Shown piece by piece: positions 24,491 to 36,308 of a stretch of DNA of 64,000 nt; within the stretch, counting starts at the first letter, position 1; every line of letters starts with the position of its first letter. The notes beneath the pieces were generated by a model. That model was not told the DNA's origin. It did no database searches and worked only from the letters and a program-made list of their open reading frames with translations. The stretch is taken from assembly GCF_031769215.1 (NCBI RefSeq), contig NW_026781880.1:186001-250000 (forward strand). The letters are read 5' to 3'. This DNA is from Ylistrum balloti. Taxonomy: Eukaryota. The position numbers and the translations under genes were made by a program.

Positions 24491-26230
24491 AATATGTATC
24501 AGCATTTAAATTCTGATGTCGTTGATACATGACCATTTCAATACCAATTCTATCCTATGTTACTTTCTGTTGTCACTAGATGAACTGATGGACAGCAGTA
24601 AACAAGCTGCAAGCTCTGGCCAGGCTCAAGCTGACATAAATAGAATCTATTATTTATTATAAATATATCTATGTAAGTTGAACCCTGATATTGGGTATAA
24701 TTGTGATATCACTCTGGAAGGAGGTATAGCGTCGAGGGTATACCGTGTATTTCTTGAAATGCATTTCACTATTTATCAACTTCGGCATTTATGTCGGACA
24801 CGTAAGATCACTTATGTATCATGAGTGACTGCACTTCATCGCCTACTTTGTCTTTACCCACTGGTCAGTGGTCTACGGCTGTAGCCAGGCTGGCCAGTAG
24901 GGGATGACCCCAACTAGGGCACGCAGCAACGCGTGATCGCATTGGTCACTTTGAATGTTAGCCCGACAATAGCCCAATGAATAATGACCCCAAGTAGGAC
25001 ACACGCGTGAAGGTATGCGTGTCTCTTCAGGTCTATATAAAGGTTTGGAGGGAGTCGTCCTAAACAAGTTTTTAAATACTGGTAAACATTTTACTGATAT
25101 TGAAGGCGAGCGTGGAGATTTAAATTATCCACCCTTAGTGCTCCTATCCCAACTTAACATATATGTATTTTCGATGTTCTATTCTTTTGCTATGTTTGTG
25201 TAACGCTTCTGTCATTGTTTATTTTTTTCAATTTCTTACCGTTGAATGCCAGAAGGTATTCCTTTTTTTACGGCTCGAGTTTTATTTCTGGTGTTTAAGC
25301 CTGGTCTTGTCGATAATTGTACATATTTGTGCTGTTGTCAAGTATTAAAGATAAATTTTTTTTTTTTAAATAACGTGGGATATTTTATGTGAAGAAATGT
25401 AAATATGCACCTGTATTCTATGGTGTTCCTTTTTATTGATTTATTGAAGGAGAGCAGTAAACAAGGTGCAGATTCTGAGCAAGGTCAGACTGACGTAAAT
25501 ATTGTTACAGTATCAATGTACACAGGTGATTAATAGTTCTTATGATGCTGAAGTAATGCTATATATAACTGAATTCTGTTTTATTTTCGAACTCCATGGT
25601 AAACGATCATAAGCATTTGTCTTTTTATGCAAACAAATGAAAAAGTCAGTATAAAGGGATTTTATATTTAATCCAGATCACAGAAGAAATATACGGAGTG
25701 TAACAAAACAGTGCTCGACAAATTGTTTTGAAATAATAATAGAACACGTATTTAAATAATGTATATGTTTAGATATTTAACCTATATATATGATTAGGTA
25801 GTCGAATTGTGGAAAATTTGTGTCTCTAGGTTAATCAAGTTATATTTACGCTTCGTGTGTCCAGCGATGTGTATTTCCCGAGTATGTTCACTATTAAGCC
25901 ACTTCCAGGTATTATCTTTATTGGACCGAAGTTGTTAGCGTCATCACCAGAGGAGTTTACCTTCTCTTACCTTGTATACTGCTATCACGGTCTGTGCTAA
26001 TGGATAGATATGTATTCACTGTCAACGGGTGACGTAATACAACAACAACCCCTCTACCTGTGAAGAGTTACTAGTACTAGTATAGATAAGTGACTGAGAG
26101 TGTCGCGAGAGTGAGTGCTAACTTGTCAGTATTTAGGTGTACACAATGTAAATAAATTTGTATATTTGTGTAATTATTCTGGTTTTCCTGTGTATTTTCC
26201 CTTGAATATTAAACCGAGGCTCGTCCCATG

Positions 26231-26630
26231 TTACATGATAAACGTGATGATTCAATTTCTCTATTGTGAATTTTCCATTTCTGGATAGAAATTTTCCTGC
26301 ATCTCCACGCTATGTTATTTACATGTCTAATTTGATTCGATAGTCAAGGGCCTGATCCCACTATCATGATTTTCGTGCAATCATCAAATGTCTGACAAAC
26401 TCGTAACACACTGGTTGATGAAAATTATATGGAAGTTTAATGGTCGCCATAGTGATCTGATTGAGAAATATTCTATTATTTTGAGCTACAATGAAGTTGG
26501 ACGTATTTGATGCTCGTTAGTTTGCTTGTTGGTCCCGTTGTTATATACCTTGTTCCCATTTGAGAACATGAAATTTCTTACTTGGATTGACCAAGGTTAG
26601 CAGAAGACGCTTACTCTTCCGGAGCACCTT
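26231..26630 (+). mobile_element. Penelope-like retroelement RT C-terminal fragment with 3' tail
   Basis: HDKRDD-NFSIVNFPFLDRNFPASPRYVIYMSNLIR*SRA and KFNGRHSDLIEKY resemble the YDKRDDFNF...SPAYGVYISQLIRY...KFYGRH pattern (recalled, not searched). Followed by GACGCTTACTCTTCCGGAGCACC. Confidence 0.65.
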
Positions 26631-28081
26631 ATTCCCCTTGTACTTTTTCATTACTTTCTCCGTGTATGTTTTTCTTTGTCCATATTTTGCCGTAGTTGAA
26701 TGGAATTTGAATTTGAATTATGATTATGTTGTCATGTTGGTATTTTAAAAACAGCGGAAGCGGAAGGTCATCATACAGTGTACTGTTAACGTACTGAATT
26801 TGTCGTAATCCAATCCTGGTGCCCTACTACTTCTTTTGATAAATTAACGCAAACATGAATAAGCCCATCCGTAAATTTTTTGTAGAATCGACATTCAAAA
26901 ACTGCAATAAGCACAATCATATTTGCAACGTATTGTAAGATTACCTCTAAAATATGTAAGTTTAAAGTATAGTTATAGATTGTGTTGACAAGTTAATTAT
27001 CTACAATACAATGATGTCCAACTGCTTACCTTAACGCTGTGAGGTCAGAAGTACATTCATTTATATAATGTAGATCTACAATTATCTAATATATGAAATG
27101 ATGTATTTTTCAATAACCGATAGTCTAAAAAGCAATAGAAGATAAACATTTAAAAGGCTATAAAAACGATGCCATTTCTGTACACCGTTTGTCCATCTTC
27201 CACCAGAATATCGTAAATACATCATTGTGAGTGCGATGTTATGTGTTGCTACAAATTTACCTACAGTAATGTTTTACATAGCTCAGATATACCGTAAACA
27301 AAAACACGACTGTTATGAGACTGGTATGTTTTTCTCATAACAAATTTTGTTTACATCATTCATATCAATCTGTATGTTATATGAACACAAACTATTAAAC
27401 GGTTGTTGATGGTTTCTAGCATGAAAACATTTGTTTCACATGTATAACAAAACTTAACAATGGCTTTACTGATAGAGTTTAACATACAAATGTACATCAA
27501 ACTTCATACAAATAAACCCAATAAAAACTGCATTATAAATAAAACTCATTTATGATTGAGATAAATGGGGAAAACGGAACATGATGTCAGGCCAAACATG
27601 CGTAAGATCAATACAAAACATGAATTATAGTGGTGCATATGTACGAAAAGCATGATACAAATTGTAAAAGAAAAATCTTTGCCATAAATAGTCATATCCA
27701 TTGTTAAAGTCACCAACGCCTGGTGGATTGACGTCAAAGAGTTTGGGTGCCGAAGATTTCTGAAAGCCACAACAGAAATCCGAACCGCGGACATGTAATC
27801 AAACTCACCTGTAGCCGACCGGACTCGACAACAATCGTATCGAGAGGTGAAAATATAATCAGGGTACTACCTACGTGATATCTACGTCAAAATATTGATA
27901 TCTACAAAATGTTGTTAACAGTACAGTGAGTATTTATTCTTAAAAAATAAAAATGTATTCCAAATTGAAAATTTATTAAGATTAGGAAATAGAACGTTCA
28001 CAAGATACGGACTACCCTACATAATATGTACGTATTTTGTGTTTCTGTTGTAGTTGAAAGTCATCCCAGGTATTCGTAAAA

Positions 28082-31000
28082 ATGGCGGCGACAAGTGAGT
28101 ATTTAGAAGGTCTTATAGACGCTAGCGGAGGCTTTTCCAGATTCCAGATCCTTTTGTTTTCCTCGGTCAGTATGAGTAAAGTAGGGCCGACATGGAGCAT
28201 GCTCGTTATGACGTTTGCTGGGGCGATTCCATCTTGGCAATGTGAAAACGGTGTAAACGATTACACATCACACAACAATCTTTCAACTTTGAACCCTGCG
28301 CATAGTAATGGAAGCGCATCTTTTCAACAATGTTATCCTTCCGGTAATTCTACATCCGACGGTTGCACTGACTTCAAGTTTGCTGGCGATATGAACACAA
28401 TCGTCAGCGAGGTGAGTATAACCACAACGAGAAAAACATAGCAGTGTCTGATTTTCCTTTATATTGAAATGAGTTTTCAGAACATTTCAAACTTGTATTT
28501 TTCTCGCAAAATGAAAGTATCGAAACGTTAAAGAAATATTACTGAATGCTTTATATAATGGTTCATTTAAAACTAGATAAATATACAACGGTGCATTAAA
28601 AATTATCTTATGGAAAAAATCATCATTCTACTGCTCTCCTGATAATTAGCTGTAAATCAGCATTTGAAATGTGTTTCTATATTGACATATATTATTGTAA
28701 ACATAGGAAGTATAAACAGATGACTTTAATCTATTCAGTGGTCCTTGATTTGCGACAAAGACTGGGTAGCCTCCACGATCACCACAATCCAGATGATTGG
28801 TCTACTTGTGAGTGGACTCACCGCTGGTCATATAGCTGATGGAATTGGCCGGAAGCCTACCTACTTCATGTCTTTACTCATGCTTGTCATCTGTAATGTT
28901 ATCGCTGGATTCTCCACTTCTTGGAAAATGTTTGCAGTTATGCGCTTTTTGCTGGGATTCGGATCCGGATGTTATTTGACAGTATTCTATAATTTTATGA
29001 TGGAATTCATTCCTTCCAAACACAGACCCATCGTCGTTGCCTTCCCATCATGGGCTGTCTGGGCATGCGCACTCGGCTTCCTATCCAGTTGGCTTCGAGA
29101 TTGGAGCCACATCCATTTCGCTACAGCTGTCATGACTGCTCCGTGGATCTTCTTTTGGTGGTAAATAGAATGCTAGGATCTAAAATATTTAAAAGAAATG
29201 TAAATCAACAAAGGATTGACAGAATGAATAATTTAGTTTCATCTTCGACATTTTCCATTTTTGCCTTGCTCTTGTCAATGACCACTAACCGATTATTCTT
29301 TAAGAGCATACCGCTTCAAAGTAAACATTATAACAGGACATTTCTCTACGAAATCGACATGATAATGACAACACTCTTCCTAGTTGTTTTATCAAGGAGT
29401 GATGCTATGATCACTCTAGCTGCTCATACAATATGTTATTATACAATGCCTGAAAAACATTAGATTGCAATTATTTGAAAGTTCGGCTTCATAAATAGTT
29501 CAGAAAAAAATGAGTTTACATACATTGTTGAATGAGAGGAATGATTTAATAACGTTAATATTTAGGGTGACCCCTGAGAGTTTTCGATATCTGGTGTCCC
29601 ATAATAAAATCAACGAGGCGAAGGATGTCGTACGGATGATGGCACGCATTAACGGTCGACCTGTTCCTGATCTCCAGAAACTCCGTATGCTCGCTGACAT
29701 TGATAAGGCGATAGATGAAAGGAAGTACACGGTGAAGGATATCTTCTCGTCGAAAACACTCCGGAAGTATACGTTTCTTCTCGGTGTCGGATGGTAAGTG
29801 TACTACAAATATACTAGCTATCAAGTTGGCGATGGATTGAGATCAACTACCTAAATCATCGTTAATATGGTCGTGTTAAGAAGCAGAATAGACTCATTTG
29901 TCCTTGAAAGGAGAACGAATACTTGATTCTTATCTACATTGTCATATTATGACGCCACATCTCCCAAGTACAGTAAAAAAGTAATTTCACTAGGAAACCC
30001 CTTGACATATCTGTCAAATATTGCTATGACTCTCCACCCGAACGGTGCATATAACCAATCTCCCTGCTGGTTTCCTTTACATGTCGGAGTACGATTTCGT
30101 CTTACTTCACCATACATTGTTCCGAAATGACTTAAAATGACGTTGATGTTGTGGGTTTTTATAGAAGCTAACGTCGTACAAGACCTTTTATTTTCACATG
30201 ATCGATAACGCTGAATTTTGATGGATTTTTTTTGTTTTAGGTTGTCATGTGGTTACGGTTATTATGCTATCTCGTTTGGTGTACAGAGCCTATCCGGGAG
30301 CCTTTTCTATAACATGTTTCTACTCACCGTTGTTGAGGTACCCGCTCAGATGTCAACATACTATCTGTCCAACAAGTAAGCATGAAGTAGGAATGTAGTC
30401 ATGAAAATTACTGTTGATAAATGCATTTTGTTGTTTTTATCAACATTCTCAATCACAAATCTGAATTGATTTTAATATATCATTCCTTGATTTCCGTATG
30501 AAAATAGTCCATACGGAGATTGCTATTTCTGAAGATATGCAAATGTCCAAGGCGTTTGTCAGAACTTCGATGTATTGTGTAAAAATATTCGCGAAAACAA
30601 CCTGTCTTTTCATTATTTTGTCTTATTGTTTTTCATGTCCAATTCCCAAATTGAATGAATTTGAATTTGTGATTAGCTAGGAAACGACATCGTAATGACC
30701 ATTTTCTTTTGATTTATATTTATAAATGATTTTGAAAAAAATATAATCCTGCAATGATACTGATGAAGTTCAAAACATTAATTCAAAAAATATTTTACTG
30801 GCAACATTTCCACGATAGTTATAATATAAACACAGAGCTCTTCTCCTCAAATCAGGGATACACATCTGATTGGTTCATTAACAATTTGTTTGTGGTAACA
30901 TAAACACTTTCAGTAAACGTGAACTATAACCAATTTAATCAGTGTTTATGTTTTTCCGTCCTTAGATTTGGAAGGAAGTGCACAGCGTTTGGGTTTTTCA

Positions 31001-32610
31001 CAATTTCAAGCCTTTCCTCAATCGTTGTTGCCGTAACACAGATCACAGGTATGTTTTGTACAAATCACAGGTATATGTACTATATGTGGATTACAGATAT
31101 AAGTATAAATCACACGTATATATATAATCACAGATATATCTAGGGATAGTTTACCTTAGCTATAAACAAGCAGCGGATAGAAACTTTTAAATCGGTGTTT
31201 AACACCCAAGTGAACCAAAAGCTGACTGTACTGACTTGGCAAGGTTTCGATCTTAGAGTGGATTTCTAGTCATATCTGAATCATCTGATACCGCATGTTT
31301 TCCATTACATGGACACTGTTTTTCAGATATTGAACTGAAGCATCAACTAATGAATGGATTTGCGATGGCAGCGAAAATGGGTGTTGCTGCAGGATGGTCA
31401 GCCCTCATGTTACTGACCACCGAAAACTACCCTACAGTTGTTAGGTTAGATATAACATTGTACCTATCCATGTATAATTATAGTAAAGATAAGTATTATT
31501 AATCATTCAATTTTTTAATATTCATTAATAATTTATCTGCTAATGGTTTATTATCTTAGTGTTATCATTTATTTCATTCTGGCTAAAGAGAATGTCAGAA
31601 GATTTCAATAACGAATGCATTTTGTTTTGTCATTTTCTATTCAGTTTCTAAAACTTTTGAAATATATGATGTGTATATCTATCAAGAATTCGGTAAAACG
31701 AGTTTTTTTTGACAAGTTAAATCCCAAAATAACTTGGTCTTGCTAATTATAAGTATGCAAATCAGATAATGATCAACATGCGATATCGTTCTGTCAATGT
31801 TTCCAGAAACATTGGATTTGGTTTACAATGCTCCGTCAGCAGAGTCGGTGGGATGGTGGCGCCACTAGTTGTTTATCTGGTAAGTTGATTGACTTTTGTA
31901 TGTCACGTGTTCTTTTTATAGCCAATGATATGCATTGTTTGATTATGAATTATTGTTCAATGTCTGTGACAGGGTGGAAATAACCTAAACACTTTGTGTG
32001 TTTGTCTATAACAGGGAGGAAATAACCTACACACTTTGTGTGTTTTTAGAGCTCGTTAGAAAGTTGAATGTTGTTATGTAGAACACAGTGTGGAGAGTAA
32101 TATATTTATTTGCTCTCACCTTTGTGTATGTTTGTGGGTTTTATTTGTGGGTATTTGGAGAGAGAGAGAGAAGGGTGGGGCGGGGGAGGTTAAACCGACA
32201 TTTTACGACATTTTTTTCTTGTCAAAACCATGATCATCTGGATAATTTAATTTGCTTGTAAATATAAATTTCATACCAATGATTCTTTTGTGTGAACAAG
32301 TCTCTTTGTTAAACAACACCCTGAACATATAGACTTGTCACGGCTCATACTCATTGCGTTTTATTGTCTACAGAATCATCACTTTCCTGGTGCATTATAC
32401 TTCATATGTGGAGGACTTCTGTTGATCTCGGCGGTGTGTACGTTATTTATACCGGAAACAAAGGGGAGGGCAATGCAGGATGTCATCGACGAAAACGCCA
32501 CCAGAGGGAGTCCTTGTCAGCTACATTCTTTACTCTCATCAGACTCACCTTCAGACGAATCATCGGGTACTGTCACCGAAAACGTGCCGTCTAAAACTTC
32601 AAATCACTGA
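28082..32610 (+). CDS. SLC22: SLC22 family organic cation/anion transporter (MFS), 8 coding exons, 541 aa
   Basis: Exons 28082-28411, 28739-29160, 29566-29793, 30241-30375, 30966-31048, 31327-31444, 31807-31879, 32374-32610, all GT-AG and phase-consistent (1626 nt). Motifs TIVSEWSLIC, DGIGRK, PESFRYL, ENYPTVVR and PETKG; four Cys and N-glycosylation sequons in loop 1. A 5'UTR acceptor at 28053 implies an upstream non-coding exon. The specific SLC22 member cannot be assigned. Confidence 0.95.
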
Positions 32611-32819
32611 CATTTTACAATATATTGCATAAAACCGAAAACAGTGGGACTTAAACATAGTTTTACTGTTATACAAACAATCCATTTACAACAATCTCAG
32701 GTACAGTAAATAAAGACCGATGCTTTAACATACACTGCCTAGTATAGTAAGATGAATAAAATCATCCAAATCAACTATTATGTTGTAACATTTTAAAATA
32801 CATTTCTAGTATTATAGTA

Positions 32820-32987
32820 CAGTCAAACCTCGTTATCTCGAACTTTTATAACTCGAAGATCCTGTATAATTCGAAGTAATCTCGGCCACACTTAACACTA
32901 AACATTCGATGTCATTTTAAATCGAATACTCGGATAACATGAAGTTTTCCCCGGTCCCGCCGACTTCGAGATATCGAGGTCCCACTG
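32820..32987. mobile_element. 168-bp pogo/Tc1-mariner-type MITE with TA target duplication
   Basis: TA|CAGTCAAACCTCGTTATCTCGAA ... TTCGAGATATCGAGGTCCCACTG|TA. Confidence 0.85.
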
Positions 32988-33565
32988 TATTATTGAACAT
33001 GACGAAGCATTGTCAAAAGATTAGATAAAACTACAGGACTGATATATGAAGAAACAAACACATAATTAAAACAGGGAATGGCAGGGAATCTAGCTAGAAC
33101 ACAAGAGGCAGCTGTAAATAGTGACAACCAGACTCTAGAGAGTACAAGAAGAAATCGGAAACGAACGCGCTGCCCTGAGCTCGTTAAGTAGACGTTTCTC
33201 ACTCTTACCGCCTTTAAGCGGAAACAGCCAAACCAGACAGCATTAATTCTTGGCAGTTCCACTGACTTTCTTTTGTGAAAATGTGAGAGACATTTTCATG
33301 ATTGATTAAATCTGGAATATTTTCATGAGATAAGACAAACCTTATTGGTCATTAATTCAGTGTATCCTGTAACTATATATAGTCATTTCAAATGTCATCA
33401 AAAGAAATAGAAGTATTTATCTACTATAAAACGATAGGATTTTCATTGTAGTGATGTTACCGTTAATCCAAAAGTGCTGGGCCAATGACACCCCTCTAGG
33501 TGCCGCCAGTCACTGACCGATGACCCAGGATGTACATTGTAGGTAAAAATCAGACCCACGACACT

Positions 33566-34142
33566 ACCGTCAGACTCACGGCACTACCCTCAGACTCCTC
33601 ATGACACTACCCTCAGACTCACGACACTATCCTCAGACTCACGGCACTTCCCTCAGACTCACAACACTATCGTCAGACTCACGGCACTTCCCTCAGACTC
33701 ACAACACTATCGTCATACTCACGACACTACCATCAGACTCACGGCACTACCGTCAGACTCACGGCACTGCCCTTAGACTCACAACACTATCGTCAGACTC
33801 ACGACACTACCGTCAGACTCACGGCACTACCGTCAGACTCATGGCACTACCCTCAGACTCACGACACTATCCTCAGACTCACGACACTACCGTCAGACTC
33901 ACGGCACTACCCTCAGACTCACAACACTATCGTCAGACTCACGACACTACTGTCAGACTCACGGCACTACCCTCAGACTCATGGCACTGTCCTCAGACTC
34001 ATAACACTACCCTCAGACTCACGGCACTTCCCTCAGTCTCACGCACTACCCTCAGACTCATGGCACTGTCCTCAGACTCATAACACTACCCTCAGACTCG
34101 CGGCACTATCCTCAGACTTACGACACTACCCTCAGACTCACA
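33566..34142. repeat. 20-bp minisatellite (CAGACTCACGGCACTACCCT), about 29 units
   Basis: Period of 20 read directly; accounts for ORF 33601-34083. Confidence 0.95.
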
Positions 34143-34267
34143 GTACTTTCCCGCAGCTTCTTCACCAACAGGTTGTGTGGCAGACATTCGAACGCATTGA
34201 ACAAGTCCACATGTATGTTACAAATATTCTTGTACCTGTCCAAGGTAATTCGTTAGTCGGCGTAAAA

Positions 34268-35690
34268 TAGACTGGCACCCGAAGAAAGTCCTGGAGGCCA
34301 CGAGGTGCTGGAGATATGTGGCGAACGACGTCACGTGACTGTTAAGCATTTCCGCATTTCTTACATTTCTGAAATATCACAATTGGTTCTCAAGAGAAAA
34401 AAGATTTTCCTTAACTTCAATCGTTCTTAATATTGTTCATCTGGCAATAAAAATTATTTTTTCGGTATCGAGATATCTACATACATCGTGAAGAATTCGA
34501 AAATACGATACTTTTTTGATGCCAAGATTAAAAAAACAAGGCATTATATGTACACTAACAGCTGAAATATGTTTATGTATCCTCAAAATTAAAAGGCGCC
34601 GCTTTTAATGAAAATATCTCCGCACATATACTTTTAGAACAAATTTGAACACCGCAAACGAGAAAAGCCTTGGGCTAATAAAACTCATTTAAAGATAAAG
34701 AACTATTATATACAGATGTAGGTGTTGTAAATCCGCACTATTCGGAGGAGATTTATACAGAACACAACAGATGTACTAGCCTAGAACACACCAGTACTTA
34801 ATTGACTAAAGCTATTAATAGAAAATTAAGTAATATCACCAACAGAGCTGTGTGACGTAGATGTATCTAATCTGGTTTTTGAAAAATGACGGTCCACATA
34901 TGTTACAAATATTAAATGTACAGTAAATATGTCCATAGGAAGATGTGTATTAGTGTAAAGATGTCGTACCAATTAGACTGGCACCCGAAGAAAGTCCTGG
35001 AGGCCACGAGGTGCTGGAGATATGTGGCGAACGACGTCACGTGACTGTTAAGCTCCGCATTTCTTACATTTCTGAAATATCACAATTGGTTCTCAAGAGG
35101 ATTTTCCTTAACTTCAATCGTTCTTAATATTGTTCATCTGGCAATAAAAATTATTTTTTCGGTATCGAGATATCTACATACATCGTGAAGAATTCGAAAA
35201 TACGATACTTTTTTGATGCCAAGATTAAAAAAACAAGGCATTATATGTACACTAACAGCTGAAATATGTTTATGTATCCTCAAAATTAAAAGGCGCCGCT
35301 TTTAATGAAAATATCTCCGCACATATACTTTTAGAACAAATTTGAACACCGCAAACGAGAAAAGCCTTGGGCTAATAAAACTCATTTAAAGATAAAGAAC
35401 TATTATATACAGATGTAGGTGTTGTAAATCCGCACTGTTCGGAGGAGATTTATACAGAACACAACAGATGTACTAGCCTAGAACACACCGGGTAGTCATC
35501 CTTAATTGACTAAAGCTATTAATAGAAAATTAAGTAATATAAACGGAACGAAAGAGCTGTTTGACGTAGATGTATCTAATCTGGTTTTCTGAAAAATGAC
35601 GGTCTCACATATAGCCAAACGACATTAAATGTACAGTAAATATGTCCATAGAGAAGATGTGTATTAGTGTAAAGATGTCTGGTACCAATT
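34268..35690. repeat. Tandem duplication of a ~710-bp segment (34268-34973 and 34974-35690)
   Basis: Both copies begin TAGACTGGCACCCGAAG and end near GTACCAAT; near-identical apart from short indels. Confidence 0.92.
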
Positions 35691-36308
35691 AGATTACTTT
35701 TCTTGTTGGTAGGACTCCCAACAATATTAAACCTAAATAGACCACACATTGATTGAGTATACTGCAGCCAATAGCGACTGAATGATTGCTTAACCTCGTT
35801 CTAGTATTGGACCATTTTGCTCGCCATTTCTTTGTCCTATTAAATTTCTCTTTGACTTTTGTTTTTCCAGAAATTATATTAAACGAATGAAACTGATTAT
35901 TTCTTATCAAATATCAATGGACTTCCAAACTACATATAAAACATACCCTAGATATTTTTTCCGAATTTCAAACACGATTTATCTCCCTTAGCTTATCTTC
36001 TCACCAAGCAGTAAACTGTATCAGCAGAAAATTAAAAATTCAACCTTTCTATACTTCCATTTTGTGTAAATAGAAAAACATCGGAATATCTAAATTGTAT
36101 GACTGGTTAAAAAATTCTGATGAAATCTTTTTCTTCGTTGAGCGTTTTAAAGATGACAAAGAGTACAAATGGATAGACTGAAAGTCAGGGTACAAAATAA
36201 CAACTAGTACAAACACTAAATAGGAGAAAGCAAAATGGAAAATTGACGATTGAACAACAGGAAAGTGAAAAGAGTAACCAAAGTGGAATAAGTAACTCCG
36301 ATTTTAGG

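Noticed and set aside
21343-24536. Many long overlapping ORFs (up to 940 aa) on both strands
   Set aside because: They are 17-aa periodic translations of a stop-poor 17-bp repeat, open in several frames at once and across an N gap, with no splice or start context.
25699-26235. Possible solo LTR (TGTAACA...TGTTACA with AATAAA)
   Set aside because: No target-site duplication (GGAG vs TGAT) and no second copy; the right end overlaps the Penelope-like fragment.
33601-34083. 160-aa Thr/Ser-rich ORF
   Set aside because: Entirely inside the 20-bp minisatellite.
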